Assembly: GCA_034417895.1 (NCBI GenBank)
Contig: DAOULT010000051.1
Coordinates: forward strand, 4,996 to 68,995
Origin: Anaerolineae bacterium
Lineage (GTDB): Bacteria > Chloroflexota > Anaerolineae > CAZYHC01
Reading direction: 5' to 3'
Length of the DNA: 64,000 nucleotides
The notes beneath the pieces were generated by a model. The model was not told the origin of the DNA. It worked only from the letters and a program-made list of their open reading frames with translations, and ran no database searches. Shown here one piece after another: positions 54,929-63,022 of the stretch; position 1 is the first letter of the stretch; every line of letters starts with the position of its first letter. The position numbers and the translations under genes were made by a program.

Positions 54929-57392
54929 TGATTGTCACCTCTTGCAAAAAGACGCTATTGCCCTGCGGATTGCCGGCCTGGTCAAAAACTTCCAGGCGTT
55001 GGCCGCTTTCGGGTTGGTAAAGCCCGGCCAGCAGGGGATGGCGGCCAGGCGGGGTATCGGCCCCGACCGGCACCCGATAACGCTCGATCACAGGGTGGCC
55101 GGGCCGCCAGTCCGACGTCCGGTAAAAGCCGCACAGGGGCAGCCCATCCCGCTGGCCCCAAATACGCTCGTTGTTGCGCTCGTCTTCCAGGTGGATGAAA
55201 ACGCTGTAATCCTTTTTCATGGTGGTCAGCGCTTCCCAGTAAAGGGTCAGAACCAGGCTCCCCCCTGGCTGCGCCTTCTCGCTCTCCAGATCGTAGCCCC
55301 GCAGGCGGATACGGTGGCCCAGGTCGGCGGTCAGAGGATGAGCAGGGGTCGGCCGCCGGGCGACGGCCTCCGGCGTCGTGCCCCGATCAAAAGCGGATTC
55401 CGCCTCCCGCGCCTCGCAGGTTATCGAGGAGGCTTCGGCCGGGGGATGGCGGTAAAGGCGCAGTTCTGGCTCGCCGTTCACCGTGACCACGCCCATCGGC
55501 GCGTAGCCTTCAGGCAGGGAGACTCCGAGCCGCTCGTCTCGCACCCGGTCGGCCATGATGTAGTACTCGGCGTCAGGGCAGTAGGAGCGTATGGCGCCCC
55601 GCGCATACCAGGCCGTGATCTCGCCCTCCTCGTTGCTGTTGTAATCGCCCCGCAAGACCCCCTCGGCGTAAAGCTGCCCGATGGCCTTCCACCCGGCCCG
55701 ATAAGGGAAGCCAAAGAAAGCGGCGGGAGGCAGGTGGCGGTAAGCTGTCCAGTAGAGAGAGCTTCTGTGGGCCGGATAAGTCCAGATGTATTGCGGTTCG
55801 CACTGGATAAAGGCCAGGTAGATGTATCCGGCAAAGACCAGGTACAAAAGGATAAACACGCCCGTAGTAACGATTTCAATCGTTGTCTTCGCGGTTGGAC
55901 GACTAAAGTCGTCACTACAAACCCGCAGGCGCTGCCACATATCATCCAGCCCCAGTCCGGCCATGAGCATCCAGGCCGGGAAGAAGGTGTAAACGTGAGT
56001 CAGGGGATGCGCCACCAGAAAGGTGTAGAGCAGGAAAGGGACCCCAAACCAGATCAGGCAGGTCATCCATTCCACCGAAAAGAAGGACGCCCGGCCAGCC
56101 CTCAGACGCTTAACCACCGCCCAGGCCAGGGCCAGAATAATGAAAACAAAATAGTAAGTCGAGTTGTAGACCGTGCTCTGCAAAAAAGTAAAGCCCAGGT
56201 TGTTGTGGAGAAGCCCGCTCCCCAGGCGCCGGCCTACCAGATAGCGGTAAGTGGTGGTCGCCTGGGGATCGAGCCAGAAGGGGAGATAGAAAAGGCCGCT
56301 CAAGACCAGGAATATTGCCAGCGCTAAGACGTAGCCCCGCAGCTCAACGCCTTCCCCCTTCCACTTCTTTCGGCTTTTCCAGGCCAGGTAAAGGATGGCG
56401 GGCAGCACCAGAGCGGCATCGTAATGGGCCAGAAGGCCGCAGGCGGCAAACAGCGCCCCAGGAACCTGATAGCGCCCGGCCCCTTCAGCGTAGAAACGGT
56501 AGTAACAGTAAAGGGCCAGGCCCATCATCAAAAAAACCAGGCTTTGATATTGCACGATGCGGGCGAAGCCCACGAAATAGCCGTTGATGGCGGCCAGGGA
56601 TGCGGCCAGCCACCCGACACGCAGGCTGAACATGCGCCCTCCCAGGAGATAGACCACTCCTACCGCCAGCAGACCGGCCAGGGCGAAAGGAAAACGCGCT
56701 CCCGCCTCGTCGATCCGGCCCGTGAGAAGCCAGCAGGCGGCAGGGAGCAGAATCTCGGCCGGGCCTTTGCCGTGGGCGAAAAGGGCGTCGTCCCAGCCCT
56801 CGATGACCTGGGCGGCTCTTAACATAACCAGGGCTTCGTCGCCCTGAAACTCGGAATAGCCCAGGGAGGCGAAACGAAAGAACGAAGCCAAAACTATAAC
56901 CACCAGGAGCACGCTGACACGGATTTTGGTCACGGATATCACGGATTCCACCATCGATCGTGCCTTGAGCCGTGAAATCCGTGACCCTAATCTGTGTTGG
57001 CTCTTTCCCATCCACAGCGCCAGGGCCAGAGGAGCAAGGATAAGCGCATCGCAGACGATAAGCAGTGAAACGGAGGTCAGGCGACCGGGCAGATAATGTA
57101 GAAGCAGCGCGCCCACCAGCGAGAGGGCGTAACTGGCTCCACAGCCGAGCACAATTCTCTCTATCAGGTCGGTCTCGGCGGCCAGGGGGATAAGCTCCAG
57201 CAGAGCGAAGCCGGGCAGGATGCAGAGCAACAGGACGGCGCTCGCGTAACGCACGGGCCAAAAATCAACGGCCAGCAGAACCGCGTTAGCCCCGACCAGA
57301 GCCAGGACGAGCCAGAAAAACCCTCCCGGCCTCCAACCCCGACCATCGCCTCCCGACCGTATATTATTTCTTCCCATTCCAATTTCTGCCAT
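54921..57392 (-). CDS. GT-C fold membrane glycosyltransferase (GT39-like, FQGDEALVMLRAAQ motif) with one C-terminal repeat domain (cluster gene f, paralog of 59798..62179).
   Basis: ATG at 57392. C-terminal AHPLTADLGHRIRLRGYDLESEKAQPGGSLVLTLYWEALTTMKKDYSVFIHLEDERNNERIWGQRDGLPLCGFYRTSDWRPGHP...PGRHPLLAGLYQPESGQRL. Contains an in-frame AATCCGTG palindromic element at 56925..57002. Confidence 0.75.
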   Translation of the reverse strand: MAEIGMGRNNIRSGGDGRGWRPGGFFWLVLALVGANAVLLAVDFWPVRYASAVLLLCILPGFALLELIPLAAETDLIERIVLGCGASYALSLVGALLLHYLPGRLTSVSLLIVCDALILAPLALALWMGKSQHRLGSRISRLKARSMVESVISVTKIRVSVLLVVIVLASFFRFASLGYSEFQGDEALVMLRAAQVIEGWDDALFAHGKGPAEILLPAACWLLTGRIDEAGARFPFALAGLLAVGVVYLLGGRMFSLRVGWLAASLAAINGYFVGFARIVQYQSLVFLMMGLALYCYYRFYAEGAGRYQVPGALFAACGLLAHYDAALVLPAILYLAWKSRKKWKGEGVELRGYVLALAIFLVLSGLFYLPFWLDPQATTTYRYLVGRRLGSGLLHNNLGFTFLQSTVYNSTYYFVFIILALAWAVVKRLRAGRASFFSVEWMTCLIWFGVPFLLYTFLVAHPLTHVYTFFPAWMLMAGLGLDDMWQRLRVCSDDFSRPTAKTTIEIVTTGVFILLYLVFAGYIYLAFIQCEPQYIWTYPAHRSSLYWTAYRHLPPAAFFGFPYRAGWKAIGQLYAEGVLRGDYNSNEEGEITAWYARGAIRSYCPDAEYYIMADRVRDERLGVSLPEGYAPMGVVTVNGEPELRLYRHPPAEASSITCEAREAESAFDRGTTPEAVARRPTPAHPLTADLGHRIRLRGYDLESEKAQPGGSLVLTLYWEALTTMKKDYSVFIHLEDERNNERIWGQRDGLPLCGFYRTSDWRPGHPVIERYRVPVGADTPPGRHPLLAGLYQPESGQRLEVFDQAGNPQGNSVFLQEVTIIE
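56925..57002. repeat. Palindromic short repeat element of the AATCYGTG family (ggtcacggatatcacggattcc...gccgtgaaatccgtgaccctaatctgtgttggct), in-frame inside GT-C gene f.
   Basis: Inverted arms read directly. Related copies are at 28900..28965 and 29195..29240 (inside GT-C gene 28530..30149). The element shares the 3' tail ATCTGTGTTGGCT with the element at 31076..31092. Confidence 0.6.
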
Positions 57393-57407
57393 TGGAATGT
57401 GATTTTA

Positions 57408-59801
57408 TCACTTTTCCCCGAATCTTTCAACCCTCACCGGGCCAAGCAGAATGTGGTCGCTTCCATCCACAGTCAGCCGTTGGCCGCTTTGGGCTTCGTA
57501 TAGCCCTACCTCGACGGCATATTCCCCGGCTGGAGCATCGGGCGGGGCGGCGATCTCGTACACGTCCTGGATGAACTCGCCCTCTACCCACAGACTGGTG
57601 GGCGCCGCGCCTCGGACGGGCGGGTTGTCTTTTCCTCCAAAAACTCGCCCCTCCTCATCGAGCAGGTGGGTGAAAACGGTGTAATCCTGGTCCATCCCGG
57701 CCAGGGCCTGCCAGTAGAGGGTCAGGCGCAGGGCGTCGCCGGCCCTAACTGTGGCCGCCAGATCGTAACCCACCAGGCGCACCACTCCGCCCAGGTCAGC
57801 CCCTACCTGGTGCTGCACTTTTGGCCGGGCGAAAATCCGCCGGGCCTCGATACCCCTGGGCATCCCGCACCGTTTGCCGAATTCCATCAGCCGGAGCGCT
57901 GTGCCGTTGGCCGGCAGCCTGGGAGCCAGGGCCGCATCCCGCACCTGGGGCTTCAGGCGGCGGCCCACTTCCCAGGGGTCGGTCCCATCCACCACGCCCA
58001 GGGCAATGCCGTAGCGCGCCCGGTCGCGGGTGTACCACGACAGGGTATCAGCCACCACGCGCACCGTTTCCCCCGGCTGCCAATGACTGGTCGGGTGCCA
58101 GACCGTCACCGGCTGAGGCTGGTCGGTGCTGCCTGTGACGTTCCCTTCCTCGTCCAGAAGGTAGAGGGCGATCAGATAATCCCGCTCCACCTCCTGCAAG
58201 GCCGTCCAGTACAGGTTGAAGTTGACTTCTTCTGCGCGGTTATAGAGAACGTCGAAGCCCAGAAAACGCAACTCGGAGCCGAAATCGACCGTCATGGGAT
58301 ACTGGATGGCGGGGTTGTCCACCGTGACGAAGCTATAGAAATCGCGAGATAAAGGTTGATGCGGCGCGCCCCGGCGGAGCAAGACGTAACCGTCCTGGCT
58401 GGCTATCACCCCGAAATCATCTGCTGTCTCGATCCAGTCCTGGAGAGAGCCGTGCACGTTGTCCTTGTTGGGCAGGGTGGATACGTCCAGGAACACGTAT
58501 TCTATATCGTCGCGGTGGACGACCTGGTAAACCCGTCGGCGCTGGCTGACGTGGGGGTTGAGGTTGATCTGGGCGCTCAGGACGGCATCCGGCGGGATCA
58601 TTTCGATGAACTTCTGGGCCAGGCGGTGGTGGGCGGTGACGGGCGGCCAGCGGAAGGGGGCGGCCAGCGGTGAGAAACCACGACAGTAGTGATAGCCCAC
58701 ACTGACCACCAGCACGAGGGCCGACAGGAGATGGACCAACCTCCGAGAATCGAGTTTCAGCCAGCGGCTCAAGGTTTCGCTCAGGGCTTCAAGGCCATAG
58801 ACGCCAGAGACCAGGACAAAGGGCACGATGGGGGCCGCATAGTGAAACTCCTCCAGGCGGTGCATGAAGGCGTCCTCGCTGAGCAGGTTGACGGCCAGGG
58901 AGGGCAGGGCCAATACCAGGGTCAGAGGGCTTAACAGGGACAGGAAGGCCAGGGGCAAAAGCAAGCCTTTCAGATAGTTTAAGGCCCCGGCTTTCGACAA
59001 TTGATCGACCACGACCCCCGGCTGGCCGAAGATGGTTTTCACCATCTGCCAGGGGGTGTCGCCCAGGTAGGCGTAGCGCCTGACGTGGATGTTAGCTCCC
59101 ATCGGGCTGAAGGGCGGGGTGATGACGAAAACGGCCAGAAAGAACCACAACCCCGCCCCCAGGACGGTCAGCCATCCGGCTCGCCGCTCCCGCTGCACGA
59201 CCAGAATGTACAGCCCCATGGCCGCCACCAGCAGACACATATCCTCCTTGCAGCTCATGGTCAAGATGGCGAACAGGGCGAAAGGACGATAAGCCCTCTT
59301 TTGCAGGAAATAGAAAGCGGCCAAGAGACAGGGAACGGCCAGGGTTACAGCGTGGAAGTCGAACAGATTGGCCGCTTCCAAGGCGGGGAAAAGCAGATAG
59401 GCGGCGGCGAAGGCCAGCGCGGCAAAATCGCTCTTCAGCCTGTCCCTGGTCAGCAGAAAGGCAGGCCAGGCTCCCAGAGCCAAGACCACCGTTTGCAGCA
59501 CCAGCAGAGTCAGCGGGCTGGAATAGAGTAGATAAGTCAACGAGACGACCAACAGGATAGGCTCAAAGTGCAGCGCCAGGCGGCTCTCCAGGCCGTCCAT
59601 CTCGATGCCGTCCATGTTGGTGAAGCAGAAGAGGCAGCCGTGCAGGGTGTTATAAACCGCCTGATCGACGTTGCCCAGGTCGTAGCCGTGAGTTTCGAAC
59701 ACGGCGTGGCGGTGGATGGACAGGGCGCTGAAGGTCACGGCGTAGAGGACGACCAGCAGCCAGAGCGCAGCCACAAAAAAGCGAGAGGGATCGCTTTTCA
59801 T
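57408..59801 (-). CDS. DUF2079-like polytopic membrane protein (GT-C-like putative glycosyltransferase) with two C-terminal repeat domains (cluster gene g).
   Basis: N-terminus ...SIHRHAVFETHGYDLGNVDQAVYNTLHG... resembles DUF2079 (from recollection, not certain). C-terminal LRFLGFDVLYNRAEEVNFNLYWTALQEVERDYLIALYLLDEEG... and VRLVGYDLAATVRAGDALRLTLYWQALAGMDQDYTVFTHLLDEEGRVFGGKDNPP...AGEYAVEVGLYEAQSGQRL. ATGA overlap with gene h. Confidence 0.65.
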   Translation of the reverse strand: MKSDPSRFFVAALWLLVVLYAVTFSALSIHRHAVFETHGYDLGNVDQAVYNTLHGCLFCFTNMDGIEMDGLESRLALHFEPILLVVSLTYLLYSSPLTLLVLQTVVLALGAWPAFLLTRDRLKSDFAALAFAAAYLLFPALEAANLFDFHAVTLAVPCLLAAFYFLQKRAYRPFALFAILTMSCKEDMCLLVAAMGLYILVVQRERRAGWLTVLGAGLWFFLAVFVITPPFSPMGANIHVRRYAYLGDTPWQMVKTIFGQPGVVVDQLSKAGALNYLKGLLLPLAFLSLLSPLTLVLALPSLAVNLLSEDAFMHRLEEFHYAAPIVPFVLVSGVYGLEALSETLSRWLKLDSRRLVHLLSALVLVVSVGYHYCRGFSPLAAPFRWPPVTAHHRLAQKFIEMIPPDAVLSAQINLNPHVSQRRRVYQVVHRDDIEYVFLDVSTLPNKDNVHGSLQDWIETADDFGVIASQDGYVLLRRGAPHQPLSRDFYSFVTVDNPAIQYPMTVDFGSELRFLGFDVLYNRAEEVNFNLYWTALQEVERDYLIALYLLDEEGNVTGSTDQPQPVTVWHPTSHWQPGETVRVVADTLSWYTRDRARYGIALGVVDGTDPWEVGRRLKPQVRDAALAPRLPANGTALRLMEFGKRCGMPRGIEARRIFARPKVQHQVGADLGGVVRLVGYDLAATVRAGDALRLTLYWQALAGMDQDYTVFTHLLDEEGRVFGGKDNPPVRGAAPTSLWVEGEFIQDVYEIAAPPDAPAGEYAVEVGLYEAQSGQRLTVDGSDHILLGPVRVERFGEK

Positions 59802-62179
59802 TTAACCATCACCTCTTGCAACAGCACGCTGGTCCCCTGTGGGTTCCCGGCCAGGTCGAGGACGTCGAGGCGCTGTCCGCTGACAGGCTCATAGAGGCCG
59901 ACGGTCAACGGATATCGGCCCGGCGGCGTTTCGGGGGAGATGGGCAAGCGGCGGCGGTCAACGATTACCGTGCCAGGCCGCCAGGCGTTGGTTGGGTAGG
60001 TGCGGCAGACGGGCACGCCGTCGCTCTGGCCCCAGACGCGGTCTGATTCCAGGTGGCTGAAGACGTAGTAGTTAGTGCTCAGGCGTTTTTCGACCTGCCA
60101 GTAAAGCGCCAGCCGCAGGCTACCAGCCGGGTGGGCGCGGCTGGCGTCCAGGTCGTAGCCCAAAAACTGCACCTGGGCAGAAGGGCCTTTCAGCGTGATG
60201 TTCAGAGGGTGGTCAATGGCTGGCTTCCCAACCATGTTTCGGGATGTGATCCGGCGGTCGAAGTCGGCTTCGTAATCCCCGGCGGCGAGGGGGCCAAAAT
60301 CGGCCTGGGCCTGGGGATGTCGGTAGATGCGCAGCCTGGGTTTGCCCCCGACCAGCACGCTGCCAGCCGACACGTACTCTTCCGGCACGTCGCCGATGGG
60401 TTGTTCGTCTTGCACGTTTTCGGCTATCAGGTAGTAGTCGGCGGCCTCTTCGGGGCAGGCGCGGGGCGCGTGGCGCGTATACCAGAAGGTGATGACGTCC
60501 TCCTCGTTGCTCAGGTAATCGCCTCGTAGCGCCCCGGTGCGATAAAGTTCGCCCACCGCCTTCCACCCGGCGCGGTAAGGAAAGCCGAAATAACCTTCCG
60601 GGGGCAGCTCGTCGTAAACTGTCCAGTAGAAGTCATTTTTGTGGGCCGGGTAGGTGCGTTTGTATTCCGGGTCGTGCCAGACGAAGACCATAAAGATGTA
60701 CCAGGCAAAGACCAGGTAGAGGGCGACGAAAACCGCCCGCCCGGCCATGGCCCATCTAATCCTCCCCAACAGCCTGTCAATCTCATCCAGGGCCAGCCCG
60801 GCCAGCAGCGTCCAGCCCGGGAAAAGGGTGTAAACGTGGGTCAGCGGTTTGGCGACGAAAAAAAGGTAAAACGCGGCGGGTACAGCCAGCCAGATGAAGC
60901 ACGCTGTCCGACCCACATCAAGCCTGGAAAGAGCAGCCAGCACCGCCCAACCCAAAAGCAGAGGCAGAAAGACCAGGTAGTAAGTCGAATTGTAAACCGT
61001 GCTCAGCACGAAGAAAGAAGGCAGGTTGTTCACAGGCAGGCTGTGGCCTAGCCTTTTGCCCTCCAGGTAGCCATAGGTGGACGCAAACTGCTGGTCGGCC
61101 ACGAAGGGCGGGTAAAAAAGCAGCGGCACGACCACTGCCAGAAGCAGGCAAAGGGCCAGCCATTTTTTGCCCCCGGCCCACTGCCCGGCCAGCAGGTAAA
61201 GCGCCGCCGGAAGAATCAGCACGGTATCATAGTGGGTCAGCAGGCCGAAGCCCAAAAACAGTCCGCTCAATAAAGCGTGACCCCCGGCCCGGTTGGCGCG
61301 GAAACGGTAAGCGCACCACAAAGCCAGCCCGCTCATAGCCAGCACCAGGCTTTGATACTGCACCACCCGCCCAAAGCCGACAAAGTAGCCATTGACCGCC
61401 AGAAGCAGTCCGGCCAGAAATCCTACCCGCTGGTTGAACATGCTGCGGCCTAGCAGGTAGAGGGCCGCCACACCCAACAGGGCGGCCAGGGCGAAAGGCA
61501 TACGCGCCCCCCATTCCGTGATCCGCCCTGTGAGCAGCCAGGTGGAGGCCGGGATCAGGATCTCTGCCGGGCCTTTAGCGTGCGTGAACAGGACGTGATC
61601 CTGTCCCTCGAGGGCCTGGGCCGCCTTGAACATAACCACCGCTTCGTCGCCTTGGAATTCGGAATAACCCAGGAAAACCAGGCGCGGCACAGCAGCAACC
61701 ACCAGCAAGACCACCAGCGACCAGTTACAATCGGAGGCCAGGCGGCTGGCTCCCTTCATAACCGCGAAGAGCACGAAGGACACAAAGTCTTTATCTTCAC
61801 ACTCCTGGTGTTCTTTGTGCTCTTTGTGTCCTTTGTGGTGAAAAGCTCTGATCAGGAGCAAGGGCGCAAGGGTCAGCAGGTCGCAGGCCAGGAGGATGGA
61901 GGCCACGCTCATGGGGCCAGGCAGGTAGTGCACAATCAGCGTGGTCAGCGACGAAAGAACGTAACTGAGGCCGCCGCCGAGCGTCAGACGCTCCACCCCA
62001 CTGACATCCCCGGCCAGCTCCATGAGGGCCAGGCCGGGCAGGAAGAAGAGCAGCAGAACGGCGCTCAGATAGCGTAAGACCGCCAGATCGGTGAGAATTA
62101 TGAAAACATTAGCCGCCGCCAGGGACCCAATAAGCCACAGATGCTTGCGTTTCCAAAGAAGATACGCAGGAGGAGCCAT
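59798..62179 (-). CDS. GT-C fold membrane glycosyltransferase (GT39-like, FQGDEAVVMFKAAQ) with one C-terminal repeat domain (cluster gene h).
   Basis: Start trimmed to ATG 62179 (the track start at 62182 is TTG). Paralog of gene f. C-terminal IDHPLNITLKGPSAQVQFLGYDLDASRAHPAGSLRLALYWQVEKRLSTNYYVFSHLESDRVWGQSDGVPVCRTYPTNAWRPG...PGRYPLTVGLYEPVSGQRL. Carries an in-frame palindromic element at 61783..61860 encoding HKGHKEHKEHQECEDKDFVSFVLFAVMK. Confidence 0.75.
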   Translation of the reverse strand: MAPPAYLLWKRKHLWLIGSLAAANVFIILTDLAVLRYLSAVLLLFFLPGLALMELAGDVSGVERLTLGGGLSYVLSSLTTLIVHYLPGPMSVASILLACDLLTLAPLLLIRAFHHKGHKEHKEHQECEDKDFVSFVLFAVMKGASRLASDCNWSLVVLLVVAAVPRLVFLGYSEFQGDEAVVMFKAAQALEGQDHVLFTHAKGPAEILIPASTWLLTGRITEWGARMPFALAALLGVAALYLLGRSMFNQRVGFLAGLLLAVNGYFVGFGRVVQYQSLVLAMSGLALWCAYRFRANRAGGHALLSGLFLGFGLLTHYDTVLILPAALYLLAGQWAGGKKWLALCLLLAVVVPLLFYPPFVADQQFASTYGYLEGKRLGHSLPVNNLPSFFVLSTVYNSTYYLVFLPLLLGWAVLAALSRLDVGRTACFIWLAVPAAFYLFFVAKPLTHVYTLFPGWTLLAGLALDEIDRLLGRIRWAMAGRAVFVALYLVFAWYIFMVFVWHDPEYKRTYPAHKNDFYWTVYDELPPEGYFGFPYRAGWKAVGELYRTGALRGDYLSNEEDVITFWYTRHAPRACPEEAADYYLIAENVQDEQPIGDVPEEYVSAGSVLVGGKPRLRIYRHPQAQADFGPLAAGDYEADFDRRITSRNMVGKPAIDHPLNITLKGPSAQVQFLGYDLDASRAHPAGSLRLALYWQVEKRLSTNYYVFSHLESDRVWGQSDGVPVCRTYPTNAWRPGTVIVDRRRLPISPETPPGRYPLTVGLYEPVSGQRLDVLDLAGNPQGTSVLLQEVMVK
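61783..61860. repeat. 78-bp (26-codon) palindromic repeat element inserted in-frame in a loop of GT-C gene h. It is homologous to the element at 30995..31092.
   Basis: gagcacgaaggacacaaagtctttatcttcacactcctggtgttctttgtgctctttgtgtcctttgtggtgaaaag. Internal inverted repeats cacaaag/ctttgtg. It replaces the loop region that in paralog f holds a different repeat element. Confidence 0.7.
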
Positions 62180-62550
62180 CAATGCTGTCTTTGCTCCGGG
62201 AGTCGGAAGTCCACCACCGAGCCTAGCAGGCTCTCGTAGCCCAGGCCGGTGGTGAAGATCATAGCCAATTGCACGATGGTAGGCTCGGCGTGGTTCAACT
62301 GCACCTGACGATAAACCACGGGCAGCAAAACTATCCCGCTGATAGCGCTGACGATCAACGAACGCGGGGAGAAAAAGCAGCCTCCCCGCTGCAAGGACCT
62401 CAGGTAATTGTTGGCGATGATGCCGACCACCAGCGCCAGATAGATGTACAACTGCCAGTCCGTGGTAAGAGCGTGGGCGGCTGTTGCCGCCTCGGTTCCT
62501 GGGCCTGCCGCCGCCCCGCTCAGATCGAAGTAATTAAGCAGCCAATCCAT
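62179..62550 (-). CDS. Small 4-TM membrane protein heading the GT-C array (possibly GtrA-like / lipid-linked sugar translocation accessory). Function unassigned.
   Basis: ATG at 62550 (MDWLLNYFDL...) with a strong RBS agaagggggg 10 nt upstream. The track start at 62559 is TTG. The stop overlaps the start of gene h by 1 nt (TGATG). Confidence 0.5.
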   Translation of the reverse strand: MDWLLNYFDLSGAAAGPGTEAATAAHALTTDWQLYIYLALVVGIIANNYLRSLQRGGCFFSPRSLIVSAISGIVLLPVVYRQVQLNHAEPTIVQLAMIFTTGLGYESLLGSVVDFRLPEQRQH

Positions 62551-62572
62551 AGCAGACAATCCCCCCTTCTGT

Positions 62573-63022
62573 TTATGGAAGATTCTCCAGGTCGTCCAAG
62601 TCCTTATGCCTACCGCTGGCCTTTTTATTAATCTTCAAATGTTTCAAGCCAATCAAATTAACTTCAACCCCGTCAAGTACATTTACCACTCGTTCTGCAT
62701 AGCATTCTTCAAACTCTACTCCAGAGATTGTGGTCATAATCTCTATCCTGATCGGTGGTACACCTATGCGGATGATTTGGTTTTCTTTCAAGAAAAGCTC
62801 TGCCGATAATTCAGGGACATCAAACCCAAATTCTTGCAGGGCAGCCACCATCTTTTCCGCATTTTTAGGATGTATCGCAATCCATATATCCATATCGGCA
62901 GTCGCTCGTGGGTAGCCGTGATAACCAACGGCGTAACCACCGATAAGCAGGTATTCAACCTGATGTGAGTTGAGCAACTGTAAGAACTCTTTGAAGTCGG
63001 GTGGAAGATGGACTGTAGCCAT
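62573..63022 (-). CDS. Nucleotidyltransferase (Pol-beta superfamily, MNT/AbiEii-like small NTase).
   Basis: LLIGGYAVGYHGYPRATADMDIWI (G[GS]x9-13DxD-type NTase core). C-terminal ...ASGRHKDLDDLENL. Confidence 0.55.
   Translation of the reverse strand: MATVHLPPDFKEFLQLLNSHQVEYLLIGGYAVGYHGYPRATADMDIWIAIHPKNAEKMVAALQEFGFDVPELSAELFLKENQIIRIGVPPIRIEIMTTISGVEFEECYAERVVNVLDGVEVNLIGLKHLKINKKASGRHKDLDDLENLP

Noticed and set aside
42515-62550. Mobile genetic element or genomic island call for the GT-C array (integrase, transposase, flanking direct repeats).
   Set aside because: No integrase, transposase or phage genes, and no flanking repeats, were found. The array looks like an endogenous paralog expansion. 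Only short MITE/RPE-like elements are present.
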